Source of the DNA: a virus
Taxonomy: Duplodnaviria; Caudoviricetes
Strand: one strand, 5' to 3'
Length of the DNA stretch: 64,000 nt
Virus record (IMG/VR): IMGVR_UViG_3300028593_000003
A program made the translations under genes and the position numbers. The first letter of the stretch is position 1. The number at the start of each line of letters is the position of its first letter. Under the pieces are notes generated by a model. It was not told the origin of the DNA. It was given only the letters and a program-made list of their open reading frames with translations, and searched no databases. Positions 36,466-45,256 of this stretch are shown in pieces.

Positions 36466-37263
36466 TTACCCGATATATATTCCGTACCCTTCCCACGCTT
36501 CTTCTGACCGTAGTTGTTCTTCCAATTTATCCATTTCTGTTTGTGCCTCAGAAAGCAAAGTATCACCGTCAAGAGAAAGTCCTGTCTGACCTATACTTGT
36601 GAAATTTGCAAATTTTGATCTTATCCTTCCCAATGTTTGTTTACAAAGCGCGGTTGAATAGTCAAATACCCACATATTGTCATACAAATCATCTTCCGTT
36701 CCTTCCAGTACATAAGCCCTCACAAGGATAAAGCCGGGAGAGTCTATCCAAACATCATTATAATATACTGTGCCACCTGATGGTGGTGGGGGTTGTATTT
36801 CAAGTATGTTTGAATGTCTATGATATGTAAAGTTGTAAGAATCGAAAACATATCGTCTTATAGTGTCAAGGAAATCTCTTGCTATGTGGTAAGACACCAA
36901 TGTATATCCAGAACCCCCACCTCTCATCAGTAACATATCGTACATACCCGCATTATACAGGTAATTTTCAACTGTGAAAAGTGTATGAATTGAGCCCGTG
37001 GTTTTTGTATCATATGAAAGAACTTCTGTAACATCTCCTGGCAGTTCATATTCTGTGACCCCGGCTGACAGAGCTACGGTAAAATATCTTTCAATAACAC
37101 CCTGTCCTACTGCCCATTTGATAAATCTTTGGCGAGCATAGTCTATATGGTCTGATATCTGGGCATCGTCCAGTTCCACCTTTATTACAGGATAACCGAG
37201 TCTCCTTTTTATTTTTTCTATCAATTCAGATTTTTTGATTGGTCTATATGGTTTCAGAGGCAT
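36466..37263 (-). CDS. gp13: Neck protein (T4 gp13)
   Basis: RRLGYPVIKVELDDAQI, WVFDYSTALCK, SKF, LDGDTLLSEA. Confidence 0.92.
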   Translation of the reverse strand: MPLKPYRPIKKSELIEKIKRRLGYPVIKVELDDAQISDHIDYARQRFIKWAVGQGVIERYFTVALSAGVTEYELPGDVTEVLSYDTKTTGSIHTLFTVENYLYNAGMYDMLLMRGGGSGYTLVSYHIARDFLDTIRRYVFDSYNFTYHRHSNILEIQPPPPSGGTVYYNDVWIDSPGFILVRAYVLEGTEDDLYDNMWVFDYSTALCKQTLGRIRSKFANFTSIGQTGLSLDGDTLLSEAQTEMDKLEEQLRSEEAWEGYGIYIG

Positions 37264-37264
37264 T

Positions 37265-37492
37265 TTATTCTCCAGCTTCTATTTTATCTTCAATATCCTT
37301 CTTCATAGCCACCAGTATTTCTATGGCATCATCAATAAAAGTAAATGCCATTTTATCATTATAATTCAGATATGATCCTTCAAGTGCCCTCAACATATCC
37401 ATTATTCTATGAATATCAACTGGCACCTTTGCTAACGGATGTCTACTCCCAATGTCATCCTTCAATAATTTACTCATCTTGTTTCTATCCAT
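37265..37492 (-). CDS. Hypothetical protein
   Basis: 75-aa ORF. Confidence 0.55.
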   Translation of the reverse strand: MDRNKMSKLLKDDIGSRHPLAKVPVDIHRIMDMLRALEGSYLNYNDKMAFTFIDDAIEILVAMKKDIEDKIEAGE

Positions 37493-37863
37493 TCATCCTG
37501 TACTGCATCCCAAAAGGGTTCAACCATTGGATTACCTATTTTCTGATGGGGTGTGACATATTTTGCCACCAATTCTTGATATTTATCCTTGAAAAATTTA
37601 TCAACTGTTCTGGATGGTATTCCCCATGCGCCTTCTGCGGCATCGCTTGCCTCGTCAAGTTCCTTTACTACATCGGCAACTGCTTTTCTGTAAATCTTGT
37701 CTATTTTTTCCTGTGCAATCATCACTTGATCCTCTGCCCGTTCAATTGCATCATCCATAATATTATCAATTGTATTATAAATTACTTGCCATTCGGCTCT
37801 TGCCCTTCTGGCTTCCATATCGGCCTCTTTCAGATACTTTGTAATTTTCTTATCCACGCTCAT
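37474..37863 (-). CDS. Small protein with leader MSVDKKITKYLKE
   Basis: GGAGG RBS and the shared leader. Confidence 0.75.
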   Translation of the reverse strand: MSVDKKITKYLKEADMEARRARAEWQVIYNTIDNIMDDAIERAEDQVMIAQEKIDKIYRKAVADVVKELDEASDAAEGAWGIPSRTVDKFFKDKYQELVAKYVTPHQKIGNPMVEPFWDAVQDEWIETR

Positions 37864-38045
37864 TTTTCCTCCAACAATTCCTTGATTTCTTCCAGAAGTT
37901 CTATCGTATTTTCGACAATTTGCTGGGTCAAAACAATGTTACCTCTTCCAAACGCCCTGTCTGCATTGACTACGCCCTGCATAACCTGCACAAGTTTTGG
38001 TGGTATGTTATTATATCTGGACATTTCATTTCCCCCGAAAGACAC
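37860..38045 (-). CDS. Hypothetical protein (probable start MSRYNN)
   Basis: Short ORF just after a late promoter. Confidence 0.55.
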   Translation of the reverse strand: MSFGGNEMSRYNNIPPKLVQVMQGVVNADRAFGRGNIVLTQQIVENTIELLEEIKELLEEK

Positions 38046-38058
38046 TATAATTCTCTAT

Positions 38059-38066
38059 TATTTATA
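38059..38066 (-). promoter_or_regulatory. T4-type late promoter TATAAATA
   Basis: Immediately after the terL stop codon. Confidence 0.7.
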
Positions 38067-38068
38067 TT

Positions 38069-39616
38069 TTATTCAAGTAATTTTCCAGTATTGGTAAGCC
38101 AGCTCCAATCCTCTGCAACGGGTTCAATATCACTCAAAACGCCCCAAACATCGTCCTCTATCTCTGTCTTTTTTATCTCGAAAGATTCTTCCAGCATATC
38201 CAATGAAGTGAAATAACAGGCCCAGTACAGGGATGTAATAAGGTCATCTGGCATATCTTTCCCGAAAAACTTACCTTCTTTCTCTATAAATGTGGATATC
38301 TGGTCAATTGTGTCATAGTCAACCAAAGATAAACTACCATCTTCCACCAGTTTCTTCATCAGAATGACAGCCTTTGGCTTTGTTCTCCTATCCGCTCTTA
38401 TTCCCAAATCCTTCATCTTTGCACCGGAATTGACAAGGCCAGGGTTTTCGTACTCCCACCATAGCCTTGAAACAACTGTAGAGCCCTCAGCATTGTTCTC
38501 CGCCATAACAAAAGCCGAGTTGTAATATATCGCCGTCCTATTTACAATGTCAGCAAATGTATAAACATCAATATAATTATCATTGAACACGGCGACCTGC
38601 TCAAGTTTGATTGGCTTGACTTGGACTATTTTCAATACTTGCATCGTGGAATAGTTTTCACCAGTACCCTTTGCAGTATCCACTCCGATGACATATGTTG
38701 CCTTTTCTATCGGTTTTTCATATATTTTCAACTTTCCATTTGACTGTTCGAGAACCGGCTGTACACATTTATCATACAATCCCTCGATAACATCGGAATC
38801 AATAACTGTATTGGTGGAACCGAGAAATTCAACATCATATTCCTGAGCAAATTTCTGTTTGCCCAGATTTTTTCTCTGGTCACTTGCCCATTTCTTGTCT
38901 CTGCCCGGAACATCTCTCCAAGTTGACCTGATGGGAATAAATGTATTCTCCTGTCTTTCGGCCTGTGTGTAAAGCCTGTGATAGAGATTGAACATACCAT
39001 TTGGTGTGGAAATAATTACAACTCTCGATTCTGTCGAGGCCGCGATGGTGGGCAAGTTGGATGCCCAGAACTCTTCTGCCTTATGCTTCTGAACAAAGGC
39101 AAACTCATCGAGTATCAGTAGGTTGATGGTTCTACCACGGAAAGAATCCGGAGATGTGGCTGCCACCATAATTTTTGAGCCGTTATCAAAGTTTACGAAT
39201 GTTTTGGAATATTCCTGTACGCCGGGCTTCATCCAGACCGGAAGCTCCTCGTACATTATTTTCAATCGGGAAAGAATATCAATAGCTGATATCTGTTTAT
39301 TGGACGCGATGCCAATAGTCTTATCCTCATTGAACGCGGCATACCAGAGAGCATAAGCACACACAGTAGTCGTTTTACCACTCTGTCTGCTCCAAAGACC
39401 AATGACAAATCTCTCATCCTGTAATATTCTCAATATTTTTTTCTGATAAGGATAGGGCTCGAAATTGATTCTCCCCCTGTCTGGATGTACGATTTTTATA
39501 TATTTCAAGAATTGCCATATATCTTGGGAACATTTTGACAGCTCGACAACCTCTTCGGGAGAATAAGAATACTCTTGAAGAGGCCTCTTTACAAAATCAT
39601 CGTATCTGACTGGCAC
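38069..39616 (-). CDS. gp17: Terminase large subunit (T4 gp17)
   Basis: YPYQ, SRQSGKTT, LILDEFAFV, ISTPNG, FAQEY, GVDTAKG, ENN, DDLITSL; GTG start. Confidence 0.97.
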   Translation of the reverse strand: MPVRYDDFVKRPLQEYSYSPEEVVELSKCSQDIWQFLKYIKIVHPDRGRINFEPYPYQKKILRILQDERFVIGLWSRQSGKTTTVCAYALWYAAFNEDKTIGIASNKQISAIDILSRLKIMYEELPVWMKPGVQEYSKTFVNFDNGSKIMVAATSPDSFRGRTINLLILDEFAFVQKHKAEEFWASNLPTIAASTESRVVIISTPNGMFNLYHRLYTQAERQENTFIPIRSTWRDVPGRDKKWASDQRKNLGKQKFAQEYDVEFLGSTNTVIDSDVIEGLYDKCVQPVLEQSNGKLKIYEKPIEKATYVIGVDTAKGTGENYSTMQVLKIVQVKPIKLEQVAVFNDNYIDVYTFADIVNRTAIYYNSAFVMAENNAEGSTVVSRLWWEYENPGLVNSGAKMKDLGIRADRRTKPKAVILMKKLVEDGSLSLVDYDTIDQISTFIEKEGKFFGKDMPDDLITSLYWACYFTSLDMLEESFEIKKTEIEDDVWGVLSDIEPVAEDWSWLTNTGKLLE

Positions 39617-39620
39617 GCAA

Positions 39621-39662
39621 GAAAACCCCCATAAAACATACTTTCATATGTATTTATGGGGG
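39621..39662 (-). promoter_or_regulatory. Hairpin (terminator/RBS-occluding) containing a late promoter CATAAATA upstream of terL
   Basis: CCCCCATAAA/TTTATGGGGG stem followed by TTTTCTT. CATAAATA at 39651-39658 lies in the 5' arm. Confidence 0.65.
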
Positions 39663-39686
39663 CGAAACAATAAAAAGGGGAAACTG

Positions 39687-41270
39687 TTATAAAATCGGAG
39701 CTAAGTCCGTCATATCAAAGTGAAAAGCCTGAAATGGGTTCTCAAAGTCCATAGAACCGGAAGAAGGCTGAGTTTCAGAACCGTCCTCTGTATAAAACAA
39801 TTCCTTGTCTTTACCAGTTTTCTTATCCTTTGTACAAGTTTTCAATGTCGCGGGCCTTCCCCACAGGTAATAAATATGTTTCAATGTTTCCTGTGTATAT
39901 TTCTTATTGAGGGGAATACCGTTATATCTGTGAACAAGCTGGAGATGGCCGTCCTTATCAAGATTTCCATTTACAATCTCAATTTTTGGAATACCACTAT
40001 TCGCGAAACTATTGATAATCAATTGTCTGACTTGTTCCGCTGTATGGCTTGTCCTCACATAGTCAATTGAGGCCACGGTTTCCTGTATCTGGTAAATATA
40101 AAGGTCAAGTCTATCAATCAAATCGACTGTGAGAAAATCTTGCATAAAGAACCAATCGGTATAGCTCCTCATAACCTCAAACATTTTCTCCCGGCCTCTC
40201 ATTTCCTTTGTATCCCAACTCTCCTTGGTTTTGACATCGGTACAATTCTCGTAATCCGTACCATATCTGCCCTTGTTCCATCTCTCTTCAATTTCCTTCC
40301 ACATTTCGGAACCAATCAAGTATGGGTTCATTCCCATCTTGTTTGTGGCTTTTACCAAGGAATTGCTGTAGTTATACTGTCCGTGTTCTTCAGCAGTAAG
40401 TAATTTTTCATCAAAAAGACGGTTCATAAAGATGTCGTGCCAATATGCCGCCCATCCTTCGTTCATATATTTTGTCTTGGAATATGGCCAGAAATATTGT
40501 CCTTCCATTCTCAAGATTTCCAGAATGTCTTTCTGCCAATCTTCCAGTATACGGGAATTGTCGATAATGAACCTCAATATATCTTCCGTGGGTTCTATCG
40601 GTGTAGTAGCCAATATTTTTCTCCACACACGGTTATTATAAACCTCACAGTCCTCGACTTTTCGTTCTTTTGTATCAATAAGAATATCACCGTAGGCGGC
40701 TTTGGAAGGAAGTTTCTTTTTCTTTATTTGCTCAAAGACCCTTCTCTTTCTCTCCATCTCCGTTTCAGTCTCAAATGGAGAAGAGTGCCATTGGAGTGCG
40801 TGTCCGGCATCCTCTGTTCTTTCCACCTCGTCCAGACCGTATATTCTTTCATAGTCATTGAACCTCTTCTGGGCGGCGGCCAACACTTCAACAATGTCCT
40901 CACGGGAGTTTCTGTACCACTTGCTTTCCGTAAAGAAATTGACATGCGCATAGACGTGCGCCATAACCAGAACTTGAACAGACAAAGTATTGGAGTTCAT
41001 CAAGAAGGCTCTGGATGGATTATCGTGAACAACCAGCTCAAGAGGAAGGTTCGGGTCTGCCGTGTCGAATACAGTTTTCAGTCTTTCATAATCCCTACCG
41101 TATTTCCAGTTGGAAATATTTGTGGGGGCCCTATACGCCAAAATCTCCATCATTTTCTGTGGAGGCACCACATCAAACTCAACCGGAAGGCATTTCATTC
41201 CATACTCTTCAACGAGCTGTTTGATCCTATCTTCAATTTTTATCAATCTCTGAAGGTCACTCTTTTTCAT
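39687..41270 (-). CDS. spoVR: SpoVR/YcgB family protein
   Basis: WKYGRDYE, ELVV, LVMAHVYAHVNFF, LEDWQKDIL, YFWP, TKYMNEGWAAYWH, NPYLIG. Confidence 0.95.
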   Translation of the reverse strand: MKKSDLQRLIKIEDRIKQLVEEYGMKCLPVEFDVVPPQKMMEILAYRAPTNISNWKYGRDYERLKTVFDTADPNLPLELVVHDNPSRAFLMNSNTLSVQVLVMAHVYAHVNFFTESKWYRNSREDIVEVLAAAQKRFNDYERIYGLDEVERTEDAGHALQWHSSPFETETEMERKRRVFEQIKKKKLPSKAAYGDILIDTKERKVEDCEVYNNRVWRKILATTPIEPTEDILRFIIDNSRILEDWQKDILEILRMEGQYFWPYSKTKYMNEGWAAYWHDIFMNRLFDEKLLTAEEHGQYNYSNSLVKATNKMGMNPYLIGSEMWKEIEERWNKGRYGTDYENCTDVKTKESWDTKEMRGREKMFEVMRSYTDWFFMQDFLTVDLIDRLDLYIYQIQETVASIDYVRTSHTAEQVRQLIINSFANSGIPKIEIVNGNLDKDGHLQLVHRYNGIPLNKKYTQETLKHIYYLWGRPATLKTCTKDKKTGKDKELFYTEDGSETQPSSGSMDFENPFQAFHFDMTDLAPIL

Positions 41271-42589
41271 TATTTTTTATCCTTCTTTTTCTCAAATAGC
41301 ATATGTTTGAGCGCTGGATATATGTGCTCTTTCCCCTTTATAATACAGGCCAGAAAGTGCTTTTCATCGTCCTTATAGAAATTGGTTCCGGCCTCTGTTT
41401 CAATCTTGAAATTGAAAGTGTTGGTATACTTCTCCATCAAATTCCCGTGTGGTGCGTGAAAATATCCTTGAGAAGAAATATGAATTTCACAGTATCCCAG
41501 CATATTGATTTTCTTCTCAAGAAGTGCCTTGGTGGATTGCATTGTAGCATCGGGGTCAAAATCCTCACCATCGGAAACATATACTACATATACATTCCAT
41601 TGGTCAAGAGGATATTCCCTTTCAACCAATTCCTTCGCAAGGTCAAAAGCCGTGTGACAATAGGTTCCCCCACTCTCACCTTTTTTGAAGAAAGTCTCTT
41701 CATCTACCAGAGAGGCCATTGTATGATGAGCAATAAATCTTATTTGAACGTGATTGTAGGATTTCTTCAAGAACTCGACCATCCAGAACAACATTGAACG
41801 AGCAAGATATTTTTTCTCGGGCGTCATCGAACCGGAAGTATCCATCATAGCAACAACAACCGCATTACTATGAATTTCAAATTCTTGATCCATTTGCTTG
41901 AACCTCAAATCCTCATCTTCAATAAAGAGGGATTGGACATCAGCATCAGGATTGACCTTATTGTTTTTTACGAGTTCAATAGCAATTACCAAGTCACCAT
42001 AGGCTGTCGCAAGAGCCTTGTAAGCTGTTTCCTCATCACAGGATGTCGCCTCCATAATTTCGGCGGCATAAATTGCCATCCTTTTTATGGATTCTTTGAT
42101 TGTTCTTCTCTTGTGTATTCGGGGATGAATGCCCACTTTGGAAATAGTTTCAAATTTCCATCCTGAAGGAACAAGTAACTCCGCCTTGGTTTTTTCTTCA
42201 ATATATGGAAGCCCCAAATCTTCAAACATAATGTTGATAAGATAATCTATATCAACTTCTGTTTCCATATAATCTTCACCACGAACATTACCGGCCTTTT
42301 CGCCGTTTTTTCCCTTCTTCGGCCTGCGGCCTATAATATCTCCCGCCTTACCTTTTCCCTGACCAACACCACCAGAAGTTCCGGTACTACCATAAACGAA
42401 GCGATAATCCCTCAATCCCTTGACGGGAACACGCACAGTTTTACCGTGCTTTTGAGTAATTATAGATTCCTCGGCAATAATATCTTTTATATTTTTTCTG
42501 ATTGTATCTTCGATTTTCTCGCGGTGCCGGGCGGCATCTTTCCTACCTTTCGAAGATAAATCCCAATTTTCATGCGAAATAATAGCCAT
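41270..42589 (-). CDS. yeaH: YeaH/YhbH (DUF444) VWA protein
   Basis: DAARHREKI, MFEDLGLP, DLRF, AVVVAMMDTSGSM, ESGGT, WNVY..SDGED. Confidence 0.95.
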   Translation of the reverse strand: MAIISHENWDLSSKGRKDAARHREKIEDTIRKNIKDIIAEESIITQKHGKTVRVPVKGLRDYRFVYGSTGTSGGVGQGKGKAGDIIGRRPKKGKNGEKAGNVRGEDYMETEVDIDYLINIMFEDLGLPYIEEKTKAELLVPSGWKFETISKVGIHPRIHKRRTIKESIKRMAIYAAEIMEATSCDEETAYKALATAYGDLVIAIELVKNNKVNPDADVQSLFIEDEDLRFKQMDQEFEIHSNAVVVAMMDTSGSMTPEKKYLARSMLFWMVEFLKKSYNHVQIRFIAHHTMASLVDEETFFKKGESGGTYCHTAFDLAKELVEREYPLDQWNVYVVYVSDGEDFDPDATMQSTKALLEKKINMLGYCEIHISSQGYFHAPHGNLMEKYTNTFNFKIETEAGTNFYKDDEKHFLACIIKGKEHIYPALKHMLFEKKKDKK

Positions 42590-42611
42590 ATTGAAACCCC
42601 TTTTTATTATG

Positions 42612-42641
42612 TGGCGGTGGCAGAGAAATCTGCCACCGCCA
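42612..42641. other. Perfect 13-bp GC-rich hairpin between prkA and yeaH
   Basis: TGGCGGTGGCAGA-GAAA-TCTGCCACCGCCA; no U-tract on the sense strand. Confidence 0.8.
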
Positions 42642-42677
42642 TCTCCCGAAGCATCTCACACCGATTTGGAGGAGATA

Positions 42678-44636
42678 TTACTCTTCCTTGCGAAGGATTT
42701 CTCCCACGAAGGAAAGAAGAATGTTAGCACACTCTGGACAGTATCCGCGGTTGGTAAGATTTTTGACGGCGGACTTTCTCTTCATCTGTGTTCTCTTGTC
42801 CGTTGCAGACTTATCAGCAAGGGTAAGAGACACAACATTTTTGAGATCGCTCATCAGTTTCTTTTCAATCGCGATACGAAGAGGATCATAGGTCTTGAAG
42901 GTGAATAGTTCACCCTTCTCAAGCTGGGCGGATTTGTAAACGAATATACCGTTTCGAAATTCCGTTTTGGAATTGACAGGAATACCAATATACTCTTCGA
43001 TCTGCCTCATCAATTTCTCATCGGGATCACTATATTCACCCGTAATCGAGTCTTGGATTTTCTCCTTACGGCAGAAAGCGTCCGCATTACGAATATAGTT
43101 CTCGAAGAGAGATTGTGCCTGTTCCTCATAGGCGGAGAGGAACGCCATATTTACTTCCTTCTTGGCGATATCCTTGAACTCGGCACTTACAGATTCTTTT
43201 TCACCGAGAAGAAGTGTAAGATACTTTTTCGCTTCCTCTTCCGTGATACCAATCTGGTGCTCGAAATTGGAACGAAGTGCTCTGATAATGTCAATAGGAT
43301 TGACACACTTCTTTTCCTCTTTCTGCCCGAGGGCGATGTTGAGGGCGTTGATGATGAATCTTGGAGAAATACCCTTCATTCCCTCACCCTGCTCCCTACC
43401 TTCCATACGAAGAGCCTTCACATCAATTTCCTGTTTCTTCAGCTCTTCTGTGATTTCCCCATTGTAAATCCTCATCTTCTGGACGATAGAGGAAACCTTA
43501 TTGGATGGCGCCAATCTTGTCAAAATGGCAAACTGGGCGGCGACCTTCAAAGTATTTGGTGCAATATGTATTCCACGAAAATCAGATTCACGAATCATCT
43601 TCTCGTAGATTTTTATCTCGTCATCCACACGGAGGTTCCAAGGAACAACAATAGGATACATTCTATCGTGGAGAGCCTCGTTCTTCTTCTCTGATCGGAA
43701 TGCATCATATTCCGTCTGGTTCGTGTGGGCTAAAATCAATGTATCAATGTACATTTGTGGGAAGCCCGGTGCTTTGATCATCTGTTCCTGAGCAGCAGTA
43801 ATCAATACATAGTGGAACTTCACATCAGCCTTCAATAACTCGATGTACTCAATCACTCCACCATTAGCGACCTGCAACTCACCGTTGAACTGATATGCCC
43901 TTGGGTCTGTTTCACCATACCTTGTCATCTTGGACATATTGACACGGCCGATAAGCTCGGAAATATCCTGAGATTTCGGATCGGATGGCTGGAATGTTCC
44001 AATACCAACTCGCTTCTGCTCCGAAAACTGGATAGTCGTGACAGGAACCTCTTCCCATTTGATATGACCATCTTCTGCAAGATAGCTTTCCTCAACCATC
44101 TGCTGGCAAGCAGGGCAGAGTGTTCCCTCAACTTTTACGCCGAGCATCTCTTCCCATTTTGGGCGGTCATCAAGAGGAATGAGATGTAGAGGTTCTTCGT
44201 GGATAGGGCATCCCTTGATTGTATATTTCGGTGTCCTATCTCTTTCCAGACCCCTCTTGATGAGGGCGGAAATTGTGGACTTACCCGAAGCCACGGGGCC
44301 CACCATAATAAGGATCCTCTTACCAGTTTCGGTTCTTCGTGCGGCAGCCTTGAGAAACTTCATAATATCGTGGAGTGCCTCAAGGGTTCCATAAATCTTG
44401 TTGTCAAAAAATTTGTAGCGCACCAGATCTTCATAACCTCTGATTTTGAGGGTATTGTCTACATCTTCTGTACCATACCTCATAATCATATTGAAAATCC
44501 TGCCCGGTGCAAAGTTGGCAATATCCGGATTATTCTTTACCATATAAAGGTAATCCAAACATTTTCCTTCCCATTGGGCGACTTTGCGGTCTTTGCGCTG
44601 ATCTAATATGATGCTTCGGAAATCTTTATTCATCAT
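42678..44636 (-). CDS. prkA: PrkA/YeaG AAA+ serine protein kinase-family protein
   Basis: GPVASGKS, CPIHEEPL, GIGTFQPSDPKSQDISELIG, DPRAY, ANGG, AHTN, NEALHDR, EGMKGISPR, GYC. Confidence 0.96.
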   Translation of the reverse strand: MMNKDFRSIILDQRKDRKVAQWEGKCLDYLYMVKNNPDIANFAPGRIFNMIMRYGTEDVDNTLKIRGYEDLVRYKFFDNKIYGTLEALHDIMKFLKAAARRTETGKRILIMVGPVASGKSTISALIKRGLERDRTPKYTIKGCPIHEEPLHLIPLDDRPKWEEMLGVKVEGTLCPACQQMVEESYLAEDGHIKWEEVPVTTIQFSEQKRVGIGTFQPSDPKSQDISELIGRVNMSKMTRYGETDPRAYQFNGELQVANGGVIEYIELLKADVKFHYVLITAAQEQMIKAPGFPQMYIDTLILAHTNQTEYDAFRSEKKNEALHDRMYPIVVPWNLRVDDEIKIYEKMIRESDFRGIHIAPNTLKVAAQFAILTRLAPSNKVSSIVQKMRIYNGEITEELKKQEIDVKALRMEGREQGEGMKGISPRFIINALNIALGQKEEKKCVNPIDIIRALRSNFEHQIGITEEEAKKYLTLLLGEKESVSAEFKDIAKKEVNMAFLSAYEEQAQSLFENYIRNADAFCRKEKIQDSITGEYSDPDEKLMRQIEEYIGIPVNSKTEFRNGIFVYKSAQLEKGELFTFKTYDPLRIAIEKKLMSDLKNVVSLTLADKSATDKRTQMKRKSAVKNLTNRGYCPECANILLSFVGEILRKEE

Positions 44637-45111
44637 TATTCGCCTCCATCTGTGTTTTTGCTTCTATCTTTTTAACATCTTGTCCGTCTTTGAGATATTT
44701 CAGGATTGTCTCCCTATCAGTAATAACCAATCTATCCCTACCCGCCGGTTGTTGCCCGGCAAGTAATCTACTTTTTATATCAAGTTCTTTTTCTTTTAAT
44801 TTTAACACATCTCGTTTAATCTGTAAACTATCTATATTTGACTTATTTATCATAATTTGAGTTGAGGCTTGAGTTACTGAATTTATTATCAAACTCGCCA
44901 CTTCAACAAGTCTCGCTGAAAAATTACCGTTCTTCAATTCCGCTTCGATCTGGTCGAGAATGAAATTGGCTTTGGTAATGTTTTTTCTCAAAATCTGTTC
45001 CGGTTCTTCTTGACCACCTTCTTGAGTTTGTGCCTTATTCAATTCATTTTGAACATCCACGACCTCAATGTCAAGAATTTCCTCAAGATTTTTTCTATGT
45101 AATTCTGGCAT
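44626..45111 (-). CDS. Terminase small subunit (T4 gp16-like)
   Basis: SARLVEVASLII and a C-terminal DRETILKYL pattern; follows the major capsid gene. Confidence 0.7.
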   Translation of the reverse strand: MPELHRKNLEEILDIEVVDVQNELNKAQTQEGGQEEPEQILRKNITKANFILDQIEAELKNGNFSARLVEVASLIINSVTQASTQIMINKSNIDSLQIKRDVLKLKEKELDIKSRLLAGQQPAGRDRLVITDRETILKYLKDGQDVKKIEAKTQMEANNDE

Positions 45112-45140
45112 AATGTCACTCTCCTACATTTATATGCCTA

Positions 45141-45185
45141 TATTTATATCTATAAGATTATATCATTTTTTTACTATTATGTAAA
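45141..45185 (-). promoter_or_regulatory. Tandem sigma70 promoter (TTTACA-17-TATAAT) and late promoter (TATAAATA)
   Basis: -35 at 45180-45185, extended -10 at 45157-45162, TATAAATA at 45141-45148. Confidence 0.75.
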
Positions 45186-45200
45186 TAGTAAATTTTAATC

Positions 45201-45231
45201 AAAAAAAACCCCCTCTACGAGAGAGGGGGTT
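45201..45231 (-). terminator. Rho-independent terminator after the major capsid gene
   Basis: AACCCCCTCT-CTCGT-AGAGGGGGTT followed by a T-run. Confidence 0.9.
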
Positions 45232-45256
45232 CAGTTTTGTCATCTCCTAATTTACA

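Noticed and set aside
42629-42641. Fifth Y RNA (contains CGGUGGC on the minus strand)
   Set aside because: It lacks the UACUUCG and GUUCCCC elements and is a simple perfect hairpin.
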